From Octopus vulgaris (lineage: Eukaryota): 64,000 nucleotides of DNA. Location: contig OX597817.1 in the NCBI GenBank assembly GCA_951406725.2, positions 89,094,001 to 89,158,000 of the forward strand. The letters run 5' to 3'. The notes beneath the pieces are model-generated. The model made no database searches. It saw nothing but the letters and a program-made list of their open reading frames with translations, and was not told where the DNA came from. A program made the translations under genes and the position numbers. Below, piece after piece: positions 27,106 to 40,176 of this stretch (the first letter of the stretch is position 1; the number at the start of each line of letters is the position of its first letter).

Positions 27106-27731
27106 ATACAGTATACGTTCAAACACAAAAGAGATACCCGAAGAATAGGATATCTGACTCGCTAGAAAGAGCAGTTAAAACTCCAAGCCACCAATTGTTG
27201 TAATTCCGAAAGTGATTGAAAAATAAAAAACTTTTACCTTAATCCTAGACTCTGCAAGGTTTCTGCAGACTTAAATACAGACTGAAATAAGATAATTTCA
27301 GTCTATATCTAGCACTGCGTCCTCAGTAGGTTGCCAAGACTGAATCCATAGACATGGATCTATAAGTAATCAGCCACGTGTTCTATTTTTTCGAATTTAC
27401 CGCGCAGATGCGGAACTTAATCAGCACTAAATAAATAAATTGCCGATTTTCCTCCAGAATTAGCCAAAAAAACATTTTATCATTAATTAAAATCTTAGGG
27501 TAGCAAGAATATTCATCGAAAAATTCTTAGTGGTAGACCACATGGAGTTTTAACTGCTCTTTCTAGCGAGTCAGATATCCTATTCTTTGGGTATTTCTTT
27601 TGTGTTTGAACGTACACTGTATTCTTCTCTGAATAATATATAGTCTATTGACTAAATTTTCTTTCTCGCTAGACCACTGGTAACTAAGAATTTTTCGATG
27701 AATATTCTTGCTACCCTAAGATTTTAATTAA

Positions 27732-27736
<5 letters not shown>
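27101..27736. mobile_element. Head-to-head, circularly permuted HHR element (family F3)
   Basis: A (27101-27185) is inverted at 27543-27627. D (27478-27530) is inverted at 27684-27736. Flanked by (TA)n(GA)n and (TA)n. Same family at 63713-64000. Confidence 0.85.
27244..27330 (-). ncRNA. Type I hammerhead ribozyme, canonical core, GUC site (F3)
   Basis: Minus strand CCTA-CTGAGGA-cGCAG...TAGACTGAAAT/ATTTCAGTCTG...CTGCa-GAAA-CCTTGCAGAG-TC-TAGG. Near-palindromic stem III. C-A mismatch at the base of stem II. Cleavage between 27248 and 27247. Confidence 0.82.
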
Positions 27737-27801
<65 letters not shown>

Positions 27802-28340
27802 CAAAATCAAAATCAAAAGAGGCAAAATATATTTCACTGTGAGTTATATAAGGTGTGAGCATTGGAAGAATGTGCTTACATTCTTATTTAATGCACAGTG
27901 AGTCTTTGTTATATTTCAATATATATTTAAATCTGCATGTGCTTACGCGTGTGTGTATTTGTGAGTGTGTGTGTGTGTGTGTGTACTTGTGAGTGCATGT
28001 GTGCGCGCGTGCGTGTGTATGTATATATGCGCGTGTGTGTGCGTGTATGAGTGCTTAAGCGTGGCTGTGTGTGCGCGCGTATGTGTACGTGTGTACATGC
28101 ACCTAGTAATATTGTTTTTTTTTATTTTGATAATTTTAGCCTTTGAGATATTTTCTCGCCATTTAAGCTACACACAGACACACATGCACACATACACATA
28201 CGCATATATAAGTTCATACACACACTCATATATACACACACATACACACACCTGCAAACACACACACAGACACATATATATATACACAAACAAACAGAAA
28301 CACACATGCATACACACGTTTATAGACACACACACACACA

Positions 28341-28374
<34 letters not shown>

Positions 28375-28711
28375 AGTACATACACATATATAGCTGGTTA
28401 GGTCTACTGATAGATGTACCTTTCTTCTTTTGTTTTTGTTACCAAATTTCATTCTGTAAAGACTCATAGAAATATAAGCTTAAGATGAATCACATCTATG
28501 ATTGTTTTGTGGGTCAACAGATTTGATCCCCAAATTGTAGGTCAGTTCTTTTGGCATTTGTCCAAAACTTTTTATATTTTGGTACTGGGTTCTCTTAGGA
28601 ATTAGTAGACAGAATATAATCTACAGTCTGGCACATACATTCAATAAATAGATTAGATTCATTGTTTATATATGTCAATGGATTTAGACAACTAGGCGTA
28701 TACACACATCT

Positions 28712-28771
<60 letters not shown>

Positions 28772-29095
28772 ACACGCACACACGCATACACGCACACGCA
28801 TAGAGAAACACATATAATGGGAATAACTTTTCTTTAAAATATGTATTCAAAACACGACTGTATCTATATTCTAGGCTAAACTCATTTTTTTGATATTCTA
28901 TATCAAGATTTCATCATGTTTTCGTATGGTTTCTTTGCTGTTTGTTTGGAAACATCTCTGTTCCAAATAAACTGCAAGAAAATAATTTGAAAATATGATA
29001 AAAATTTGATAAAAAGTTAAATCTAGAACATAGACGTGCTTTCAATCAAAAGCTATTCACTTTACATACATAATAGATACATATCTTTATCTATG

Positions 29096-29206
<111 letters not shown>

Positions 29207-29390
29207 GTCTGTCTGTCTGTTTGTCTATCTGTCTGTGTAGCTATATATTTATTCACAAATGCATGCACATACATACATACATACAGACAGACAGACAGAC
29301 AGACATACATACATACATACTTACACGCACACACACATACGTATATACATATACATATACATATTTATATTTCATATTCATATAAACAGG

Positions 29391-29427
<37 letters not shown>

Positions 29428-29432
<5 letters not shown>

Positions 29433-29675
29433 AAACAAGTCAAGATAGAATATGCTAAAATAATTTTATAAAGAACATTTCAGTACCGGTTTCGGTCATT
29501 TTGAGACCTTTTCAACTGTAACGATTAAATAATTAAATTCAGAAAAATTAAAAGAAAAGTTTTTTTAAAGGAATATTTGTACAATGTTCACATATAAGTG
29601 GCATTTTCCTTGTTTCTGCCTTTGCCTGTCTCTCTTGTTTGCACTTGTGTGTTCGAGGTCGTTGTGAATATGAAT
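29428..29675 (-). mobile_element. Family F2 copy without fold-back, including U3-A8 HHR at 29476-29523
   Basis: Matches 22918-23085, then continues into different upstream sequence. Stem II is perfect GGTC/GACC. 3' end lies in (TA)n. Confidence 0.82.
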
Positions 29676-30119
29676 GTATATATAGATACAAACAGACATA
29701 CGAGTGGGTGTTGAGAATTTACTGGCTTTGGGTAATACAGGAGGATTAGTTAATTATGGTTCTTTTCAAAATATTCTCCTCTCAGATTCACACACTTATT
29801 GCAGCGGCCCTTCACACACTTATTGCCAGCAGGCCTTTCACGAGATCCTTCAAGCCAGGAATTTTCCAGCATCCCCTCGTGTATATATTTTCTTTTATTC
29901 TCTTATACGTTTCAGCCCTAAAGCTGTGGAAAGTATTTATGCTGTGATAGGAAATTATAAGAATGTAAATACCTTACTTCTCTCCTTTCAATATATTATG
30001 GATAAACACACACAGATATATATGTGTGTATATATACATACATGCGCATATAAATACATATATGCATACATACATAAATACATACATACACACGCACATA
30101 ATATATATATATATGTATA

Positions 30120-30164
<45 letters not shown>

Positions 30165-30539
30165 TATATATATATATGTATATATATATGTCTCTTTTAC
30201 TCTCTCTTTTACTTGTTTCAGTCATTTGACTGCGGCCATGCTGGAGCACCGCTTTTAATCGAGCAACTCGACCCGGGACTTATTCTTTGTAAGCCCAGTA
30301 CTTATTCTATCGGTCTCTTTTGCCGAACCGCTAAGTGACGGGGACATAAACACACCAGCATCGGTTGTTAAGCAATGCTAGGGGGACAAACACAAACATA
30401 CACGCACACACACATTTACATATACATACATATATACGATGGGCTTCTTTCAGTTTCCGTCTACCAAATCCACTCACAAGGCTTTGGTCGGCCCGAGGCT
30501 ATAGAAGACACTTGCCCAAGGTGCCACGCAGTGGGACTG

Positions 30540-30618
<79 letters not shown>

Positions 30619-31547
30619 CTTGGTAACGAACTGAAAGTGCTTAACACCGGATGGGTGTGTAAATAGATGGAACATCTCGTCAAATATGACGCCTTGACTT
30701 TGGCGCGCTGAGATCGGAAATTACTCTGCAGTTAATAAACTACAGCAGTTAATTTACCGGCTAGAGAACATTTTTTAAAATTTAAAATTAAATGAGGGCA
30801 GAGACTGATATTAATCAATTAAAACCAGTGGCCTAGCATATTTTAAAAAAAATCCGAAGATTGAAAATTTTATACATACAAAATTTAGAGGAATGACCAC
30901 TAATAGTGGACAGCCTGTATGCTAGATATAGACGTCAAACTCGCCATTTACCACGAAGAATGTGTTCTCAAGATTAAATTCAGCAAAACCAAAGTTTAAA
31001 AATAATACAAATGAAAATATACGAAAATAAGAAACGATTTCAATCTACGGATTTAAAAAAAAATATGCTAGGCCACTGGTTTTAATTGATTAATATCAAT
31101 TTCTACCCTTATTTAATTTTAAATAAAAAATGTTCTCTAGCCGGTAAATTAACTGCTGTAGTTTATTAACTGCAGAGTAATTTCCGATCTCAGCGCGCCA
31201 AAGTGAAGGCATTTGAAAGATACACATAATATAATTTGTGGAGCTTTATACATGCTGGATTCGGCCGAGCGCCCTGTATCTAGTTCTAGAAATTGTATTT
31301 CGTAAACGACAGCCTACGCTGACGATCTTGCAGATATACGTAAATATTAACAAGTGAAACTAATTAGTACGTAGGTAATCGTTTCTTATTTTCGTATATT
31401 TTCATTTGTATTATTTTTAAACTTTGGTTTTTGCTGAATTTTTTCTTGAGAACACATTCTTCGTGGTAAATGGCGAGTTTGATGTCTATATCTAGCATAC
31501 AGGCTGTCCACTATTAGTGGTCATTCCTCTAAATTTTGTATATGTAT
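30619..31547. mobile_element. Head-to-head permuted HHR element (family F4): A-B-A'-X-HHR-B'
   Basis: 30691-30866 is inverted at 31038-31210. 30872-31039 is inverted at 31377-31547. TA repeats at both ends. Confidence 0.85.
31313..31375 (+). ncRNA. Type I hammerhead ribozyme, canonical core (F4)
   Basis: CCTACG-CTGACGA-tCTTG...CAAGt-GAAA-CTAATTAG-TA-CGTAGG. Perfect 6-bp stem I, palindromic stem III, U-U at the base of stem II. Cleavage after 31369. Confidence 0.88.
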
Positions 31548-31553
31548 ATATAT

Positions 31554-31585
<32 letters not shown>

Positions 31586-32290
31586 TTACTTATATATATA
31601 TATATATATATATGTACGTGTGTGTGTATATATACATGCACACGTATATGAATGCATGTATGCATGTATGTATGTATGTTTCATTAAAAAGAAACTTTTC
31701 TAGATTTTAAAAATACTTCATTACTAATTTCAATACATTTAAATACGATGAACATACCGTCGTTATTGATAGCACGGGAATACTAATATTACACACATGC
31801 ACACGCGCATATATATATACACTTATACACACATATATATACACACGCACACACACAAACATACACAGATAAAAACACACACGCATACACACACGCACAC
31901 ATAATCGTATATGTATAGTTAAATATAAATATGTATATATATGCATGTATGTAAACATGTATGTATGCATGTTTGTATGTATGCATGTATGTTTCCGTAT
32001 GTGTACGTGCTTGTTGTACGTTCATGTTTGAGTCTGCATGTGTATATGTATGTGTGTGTGTGAGTGTATGTGTGTGAGTTATTTATGAATTTTGGTGTAA
32101 AAAGAGAAGATAAACAAGGAACATTAACTAGAAACTGAGAGACGTCGTACAAGAAACAGCCGATGTGTCAATGAAACTATCTTGTTTCCAACACGGATTC
32201 AACAAATGTTAATTTATTTGCCCCCAGTCTTTGTCCAACTGTGAATGTTAAATGAGGAACTGTGAAACGAAGGAAGGAGAAAGAAAGAAA

Positions 32291-32336
<46 letters not shown>

Positions 32337-33088
32337 GAGAGAGGAGAGGCAGAGGAGAGAGGAGAGGCAGAGGAGAGAGAGAGGGATTCAGAGATGGAAT
32401 GAGGAAATTATTTACAAGATGTTTAATCAGTGCGAAAAACAGACAAGACAGCAAAATCAGACTGTAAACATTCATTTGGAACTATTTATTAATTGATTAG
32501 GCATAAGTAATCAAAATAAACAAATGAAATAAGCAAATAAACAAGTAAATAAATACCTTTACCACCCCACCACCACCATCAGCACATATATGTGTATATA
32601 AATATGCATGTATGTACATAAAACAAGCATTTACACGCAGATATATACACACACATTTTACAGACAAACCTACATACACACACATACATACACACATATA
32701 TTTATGAACACATAAGCTCTCACACATGTATATACTTACATTTATGCATGCATATATATATATCCCACTTCTGACAGATAACATTAATTTTAATGACGGT
32801 GCCCCAGCATGGCCACAGCTCGTGAGTTGAAACTAGATAAAATGAAAAAATATGTCTATATGAGTTAGAGGTTAAGCAACCATCTAAGGGATAATAAATA
32901 TCCAATATAATACTGGGTGTATACCTAAGTATTTATATCCAAGTGCCTATTATTCCAGGGCAGTATCGCAATTGAATACTAGGTATGAGTGGGAGTAAAG
33001 CAGAAATTTACCCAGGATTTATAAGGTAAATAAAAAAAAAATGGAGAGGATAATCAATCGACAAATTTCAGAGTTTGAATGTTTTGGT

Positions 33089-33137
<49 letters not shown>

Positions 33138-33202
33138 AAATATATATATAATAGATAAATAAAATAAATAAATGAATAAGAATAAGTGAGAAAAAAAATA
33201 CT

Positions 33203-33256
<54 letters not shown>

Positions 33257-33367
33257 GTAGATATATATACATACATATATATGCATGCATCCATACATAC
33301 ATATACAGGGTGCAGTGAATAAACTGTCGACTAAAAGACGCTAAAATGAAAATTTACCCATCGTACA

Positions 33368-33407
<40 letters not shown>

Positions 33408-34210
33408 TCAATAGCTATTTAATGCTACTGCGTCTGCGATCCACCTATGTCACTGCTGGTGATACCATCAATTTTAAGATTTATCCTGAGATGATATGAA
33501 TAGTAGTGACATCTGATTTCAAATTTCAGAGTTTGAATGTTTTGGTGACATAGATATATATATATATATATAGGCACAGGAGTGGGTGTTTGGTAAGTAG
33601 CTTGCTTACCAGCCACATGGTTCCGGGTTCAGTCCCATTGCATGGCACCTTGGGCAAGTGTCTTCTGCTATAGCCTCGGACCGACCAAAGCCTTGTGAGT
33701 GGATTTGGTAGATGGAAACTGAAAGAAGCCTGTCGTATATATATATATATATGTGTGTGTGTGTTTGTTTGTGTGTCTGTGTTTGTCCCCCAACATCGCT
33801 TGGCAACGTTTACGTTCGGCAAAAGTGAACCAATAGAATATGTACTACGCTTACAAAGAATAAGTCCCGGGTTCGATTTGTTCGATTAAACAGCGGTGCT
33901 CCAGCATGGCCACAGTCATATGACTGAAACAAATAAAAGAATAAAAGAATATATATACAGGTTGTTCACAAAGTCTCTCTGTAGTAAGTATTTGATGGTT
34001 TTCAGGCGATTCTTGTACACTGGTCCTATACTTGCTCTCCTGAAAAAAAAAAAATTCTGGTGGTGTTAAATCAGGTGATCTTCGTGGCCAAATTCCCTTC
34101 GAAATATTCTATTCAACGAAAAACTCTTGAAGTAGCACCATGGTGATGTGCAGGATAAAAAAAAAATCATTGCGAAGATACTTTTTGAACACCCTATATA
34201 TAGGTATATA

Positions 34211-35470
34211 CAAGGGTTGGACAAAATAATGGAAAACCTAGCATTATAGTATCATAATTTTAAAAAATCTATAGAACCGTCAAAAGCTTGTTTATTTTTA
34301 TGTTTTTTTGATTTATTATTAGTGTTGCCTAATATGTTTTGCTAAAATTGCTGGGTTTTTTTTCAGATATCATCAGAAAAAGGTAATTAAAATTCATTAA
34401 AATGACAGATCTATCGTACTTTCAAAGAGATCAAATTGTTGGTGCTCGTATGGCAGGCGCTAGCATAACGAAAGCAGCCGAAATGTTTGGCGCATCAAGA
34501 AGTACTGTCTCGAAAGTAATGACAGTCTTTGAGAAAGAGGGAAAAACCTCATCGTAAAACTCCTGAAGAAAACCAAAACTTTCAGAAAGGAACCGTCGGA
34601 GTCTTACGCGAATTGTTAGAAAGGATCACAAAAGTACAGCTCCCAAATTTACTGCAGAGCTTAATGACCACCTCGAGAACCCAGTTTCCACAAAAACTGT
34701 TTGTCGGGAGTAGCACAAACCGGATTTCTCGGGAGGGCCGCGATCAGAAAACTATTACTTTCAAAAACAAACGTTGCAAAGCTTTTAGAGTGGAGTAAAA
34801 ACTTACAGAATTGATCCCTACAGCAGTGGATGAAAGTTATTTTCTCAGAAGAGTCATCCTTTACCTTATTTCCGACCCCAGGCCGGGTATACGTGTGTAG
34901 ACAGCCAACAGAAGCATTTGACCTAGAATGCCTTCTTCCGACTGTTAAATAGGGAGGAGGATCTGTGATGATATAGGAGGCTATACCTTGGAAATGTGCC
35001 GCTCCAATGGTTTCCCTTCAATGCAGAATTAATAGTCAAGACTATTTAAGCATTTTATCGGATCAAATTCATCCTATGATTGTGGAACTGTTTCCGTAGG
35101 GAAACGCAATCTTTCGGGATGATAATACATCAATTCACACAGCTAAAGTTGTTACTGAATGGTACGAGGAACTTTCTAGTGAAGTTGAACATCTTATCTG
35201 GCCACTACAATTCCAAGATCTTAATATTATTGAACATTTATGGTGCATTGTAAAAAACAAGGAGTCGATATCCTCCACCATCACTACAAGAACTGGAGAA
35301 TGTTTTAGATGAAGAATGGACAAAAATTCCTTTGGAATGAATTCAAACTTTGTAAGAGTCCATTCCTCATAGAATTCAAGATGTAATTACTGCCAAAGGT
35401 GGTCCTACCCCTTATTAAAATAAATTTGTTTGAAATTTTAAGGTGTTTCCACTATTTTGTCCAGCCCCTG
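34211..35470 (+). mobile_element. Full-length decayed Tc1-like (DD34E) transposon
   Basis: TIRs CAAGGGTTGGACAAAATA / TATTTTGTCCAGCCCCTG with TA TSD. Transposase remnants from 34402 (DQIVGARMAGAS, VIFSEESSF, IFRDDNTSIHTA, DLNIIEHLW). Confidence 0.9.
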
Positions 35471-35488
35471 TATATACATACATATATA

Positions 35489-35586
<98 letters not shown>

Positions 35587-35597
35587 CATATATAGTG

Positions 35598-35932
35598 AAG
35601 GCGCATGGCTCAGTGGTTAGAGCGTCGGGCTTACGATCGTGATATTGTGAGCTCGAATCCCGGACCGGGCTGCGTGTTGTGTTCTTGAGCAAGGCACTTT
35701 ATTTCACGTTGCTCCAGTTCACTCAGCTGTAGAAATGAGTTGCGACGTCACTGGTCCCAAGCTGTATCAACCAGTGTTATCCCTTGGATAACACTGGTGG
35801 CGTGGAGAGGGGAGGCTGGTATGCATGGGCGACTGCTGGTCTTCCATAAACAACCTCGCCCGGACTTGTGTCTAGGAGGGTAACTTTCTAGGTGCAATCC
35901 CATGGTCTGTGTCGTGACCGAAGGGGGTCTCC

Positions 35933-35935
<3 letters not shown>
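35598..35935 (+). mobile_element. tRNA-derived SINE family C
   Basis: TGGCTCAGTGGTTAGAGC A box, GAGCTCGAATCCC B box and TGTGTTCTTGAGCAAG core. Confidence 0.88.
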
Positions 35936-35980
<45 letters not shown>

Positions 35981-35985
<5 letters not shown>

Positions 35986-36392
35986 GGGCTACCACAAAGA
36001 GAGAAGATAAAAGACTGGTAACGGCTCAAAGAGCCATGGAAAGGTCAATGCTTGGTATCTCGCTGAAAGAGCACATAAGTAGCGAGATCATCAGAAAGAC
36101 GTCCGGCATGAGAGATGTCATCGCAGAGTATACACGCAGCAAGTATAGATGGGCTGGACACGTCGCCCGGCTCACCGATAATCGGTGGACGCACGCAGTT
36201 ATCGAGTGGTACCCGCGTGAGCGGAAAAGACCACCCGGAAGACCTCCACGACGGTGGAATTACGATTTCAGGAGGACGATTGGGATCACGTGGATGAGAA
36301 AGGCGCAATCCAGAGAGGAGTGGACAGCGTGCTGTGACCAGCGGTGTCAAATGGACGCCTGACGGACTGGTCGGTCAAGGTGATCAAGGTGA
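35981..36392 (+). mobile_element. RTE/BovB-clade LINE 3' end inserted in (TA)n
   Basis: Peptide AQRAMERSMLGISL...KYRWAGHVARLTDNRW...WYPRERKRPPGRPPRRW. Tandem 3' tail TCAAGGTGA x2. Confidence 0.9.
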
Positions 36393-36403
36393 TATATATA
36401 TAC

Positions 36404-36458
<55 letters not shown>

Positions 36459-36529
36459 GTACTAGTGATTGAGGAAGAAAGGGTTTCTTAGTCGGTTCAA
36501 CAAGATTTTCTCTACAGGGGTAGTGACAT

Positions 36530-37085
36530 TTATGTTATATGGAGATGTGAACCAAGTAATGTTTTCTTTTCTGTTGTATATTTCGAGTGTTCCATAAATG
36601 TAATTTTGTCATTGTAACTACTTCTGTGGAGGACATCGCTAAAATATAGCACAGCTACTGTAAAGGTTTGACTGAATACCGAAAGGCAGAAAAGTCTTCG
36701 AGATATGTTAGGAATAAGGTTGTTGATTATCTTACTAGGGTGATATGAGGGAATATGGATGTAATTCAAAAATTTGTTTGGCTTATAGCAGAGGTAAGAA
36801 AAAGTGTTAGATCAAGTGATACGTCGAAGAAGTTGACTTTTATTAGGCTGAGTTCTATATAGAATTGGAGACCTAGTTTGTTGAAAAAGCTTTGAAGGTT
36901 CTTACGAAATCTATGTGTTGATGGTTGCAGTTGTTGATAGCGAGGAGCTTGACATAACGGTGCAAACTTCCTTGACATTTGGGAAAGTATCTCTGATGTT
37001 GTGTAGGAGGTGTCGTCCGACCAGGTCACTGATCTCTACAGAATCGCTTGCACCCATGCTGATATCAAATGTGCTTTCATTAACC
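36530..37085 (-). pseudogene. Penelope-like RT fragment
   Basis: Peptides KNLQSFFNKLGLQFYIELSLIKVNFFDVSLDL and YIHIPSYHPSKIINNLIPNISRRL, matching PLE RT domain 6-7 and thumb pattern. Confidence 0.8.
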
Positions 37086-37143
37086 ACAGACCAAGGTTAT
37101 CTAACATATAAATTGAAATTAGTGCTTCTGAGATATGTATGTG

Positions 37144-37187
<44 letters not shown>

Positions 37188-37613
37188 CGTATTTACATGT
37201 ATGCTAAAACTTATGCTACAAACGCAGATTATAATGCATCATGCGATTACATTGTCGAGAACCTACTACTTACTACATCAATAATTAAGTGACCTAGCTA
37301 TCGCCAGAGCAATATTTACGCTAATCGAATTTTCCTGGTTAGTGAACAGCTTAGTTGCAGTGACTATAGATACCATTTCCCTCGAACAGAACATTGGTGG
37401 GGACCGGACGCCTGAATAAGTATTCCAAATAAGAATAAAACTGGTGACGCCTATACTCCATTCTCTATCTACGAAGAGATTGTACACATTCAGTTACACA
37501 TGGAACAACCTGAAACCTGCATTGCTTACACAGTGTATACACTATTGCAAATTTCTGCTATCAAATACACTATTTAGTGCATGAATAATCTATATTTGTG
37601 TGTGCGTGCGTAC

Positions 37614-37683
<70 letters not shown>

Positions 37684-38118
37684 ATGTACATTCTTCTTTT
37701 AGTATAGTATACCTCGAATATAAAACAAAACTATAGCCAATATCATGTAAATAGTGGGTAAACGGATTCAACTTTTTCTATCCAAAAGGGCTTTTCAGCC
37801 AAATATTCACATGCTATTGTTTATAGATTTACGTGTGTGTGTGCTTCGAGTTATACTATTCCAAAAAGGAATTATTTTACGTTCTCTCGAAAGTTCATAA
37901 AATCCTTTTGACTTCAACAATATATATATATATACATATGTATGTATGTATGTATATCTGTATATGCACACACACGTTCACACACATATATAAAAGAATA
38001 ATATAACACAAGGATGGAGGATATCCTGCAATGCACTTTACAGTAGGATAACAGGTAGTTGCCAAATAAGAACATAAGAGCACTTAAATGCATGTCACGA
38101 GATTTTACCCGAATTATA

Positions 38119-38209
<91 letters not shown>

Positions 38210-38644
38210 CAAACAGACAGACAGGCAGACAGACAAATACATATATATACACATATATGTATTAATTGTATGTAGAGTTACAAAACTCTATAGTAGTCTT
38301 TGCAATACAATTGAGAGGGAAAGAACGAAAGAAGAGAAAAGGGGAGATGGTACATCAGTGCATGAAGAATACCGATCTATAAAGGTAATTAAAGAGACAG
38401 TGGTGGACATAAACTTACCTGTGCTCTAGATTAATTACCTGTCATACACATTCACCTGGTAGGTGCAGATGGCTTGTCTTAACCAGATGACACATGCAAT
38501 GTCACGCGTTTCTCTATCTATTTAGTTATTTGTCATGTTCCTCTCTCTCCCTTTCTTTCATCTCTCTCTCTTTCTCTCCCCTTCCCGCCATTTCTAACCT
38601 CCATAAGTTTCAGTTCCTCATAGTGTTATATATATATATATATC

Positions 38645-38682
<38 letters not shown>

Positions 38683-39231
38683 CACATACATACATACATA
38701 TATATGTGTGTGTATATATATGTTTGTTGTATGTACGTATTAAGTATATATATATATATATGCTGTATGGCTGTATGTACGTATAATTGTGTGTGTATAT
38801 ATATATATATCTATATACACACACATACAGGCATACACACACACATATATATATACCTATATATATAATATATACACTTACACACACGCACGCACTCATG
38901 CGTGCTTGCGCGCGCGCACACAGACATTCACGTGTACACACCAAAGCAACTGATTAGTAGAATTGTTAGAGTACCAAATAGATTCCTTTGACGTAATCCT
39001 CTCGGCCTTCTTAGTTCAGAGTCCAAAACCTACCGAGGTCAACTTTGCTCTTTATCCTTTCGCGGTCAAATGTCCTCTTCCCGTCTCTTTCTTTTTTTAT
39101 TTTCCTGTTTACGTGACTTTCTATGTTAAAGAAATCAACTGAGGTCAGAGCTGAAGCGGGTCTAAAAATGCTATGGCACGCTGTATCTCTCGACAGCACG
39201 TCCTAGGACTCCACCAAAGATCAAGATAAAG

Positions 39232-39478
39232 TGGAGGCGTGTGACATAGTGGTTAAGGTGTTGGACTGCTGATCGTAAGACTGTGGTTTCGATTCCTGGA
39301 CTGGGCGACGCGTCGCGTTCTTGAGCAAAACCCTTCATTTCACGTTGCTCCAGTCCACTCAGCTGGCAAAAATGAGTAATCCTGTGAAGGATTGGCATCC
39401 TATCCAGGTGAGGGATATACACCATGAAACCGAGAAACTAGCCCTTATGAGTAGTTATAACTCAAGAGGGTAACTTTT
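39232..39478 (+). mobile_element. tRNA-derived SINE family C
   Basis: A and B boxes and the shared CACGTTGCTCCAGTCCACTCAGCTG core. Confidence 0.85.
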
Positions 39479-39564
39479 AAGTATACCAAATGAAATATAA
39501 AGCGGTGCAAGTCAGTTAACGTGTGAAACAGTGTATGACAAGAATGTATTTAATCGTTTCTACC

Positions 39565-39797
39565 AGCAGTGAGCTGGTAGAAACGTTTGCACGCCAGGCG
39601 AAGTGCTTAGTGGTATTTCATCTGCCGCTACGTTCTGAGTTCAAATTCCGCCGAGGCCGACTTTGCCTTTAATCCTTTCGAGGTCGATTAATTAATTACC
39701 AGTTACGCACTGGGGTCGATGTAATCGACTTAATCCTTTTGTCTGTCCTTGTTTGTCCCCTCTATGTTTAGCCCCTTGTGGGCAATAAAGAAATAAG
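39565..39797 (+). mobile_element. SINE family A
   Basis: Full head-core-tail ending GGCAATAAAGAAATAAGAA. Confidence 0.88.
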
Positions 39798-39833
39798 AAT
39801 GTGTGTAATATTTTCCAGATCAGACCTCTACAT

Positions 39834-40176
39834 TAGTAGGTATCAACCTGGGTCCATATGACTCCTGAGAATCTATATAAGATTATTTGGTGGTCTGCGC
39901 TAGCAAAATATTAAATCGGAGAACTGCAGTAGTATTTTAAGGCTCCATGAAAAATTTTGATTTAGATATATTCACTGCAAGAAACAGGTGGGTTTCCTTC
40001 TCAAACGTTTTATATAGTTCGACATACGAAAGTTAATGTGTGAAAGACAAAATAGGAATTTTGAAATAAGTTTCTATAAAACTTGTTTTTAAACATCGAA
40101 TGGCTACGGAGAGTCCACTAGACACAAATAGTAATCAAAGGGATCTTTAGATAAAAAGAATGTTTGAGAACCCCTG
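39834..40176. mobile_element. hAT-type MITE
   Basis: Degenerate TIRs. 8-bp TSD CTCTACAT/CTATACAT. Similar to 9780-10067. Confidence 0.75.

Noticed and set aside
27374-27428. Second HHR-like string in F3 (minus strand GTG-CTGATTA...CGAAA...CAC)
   Set aside because: G8 is missing and there is no stem III or NUH site. The convincing ribozyme is at 27244-27330.
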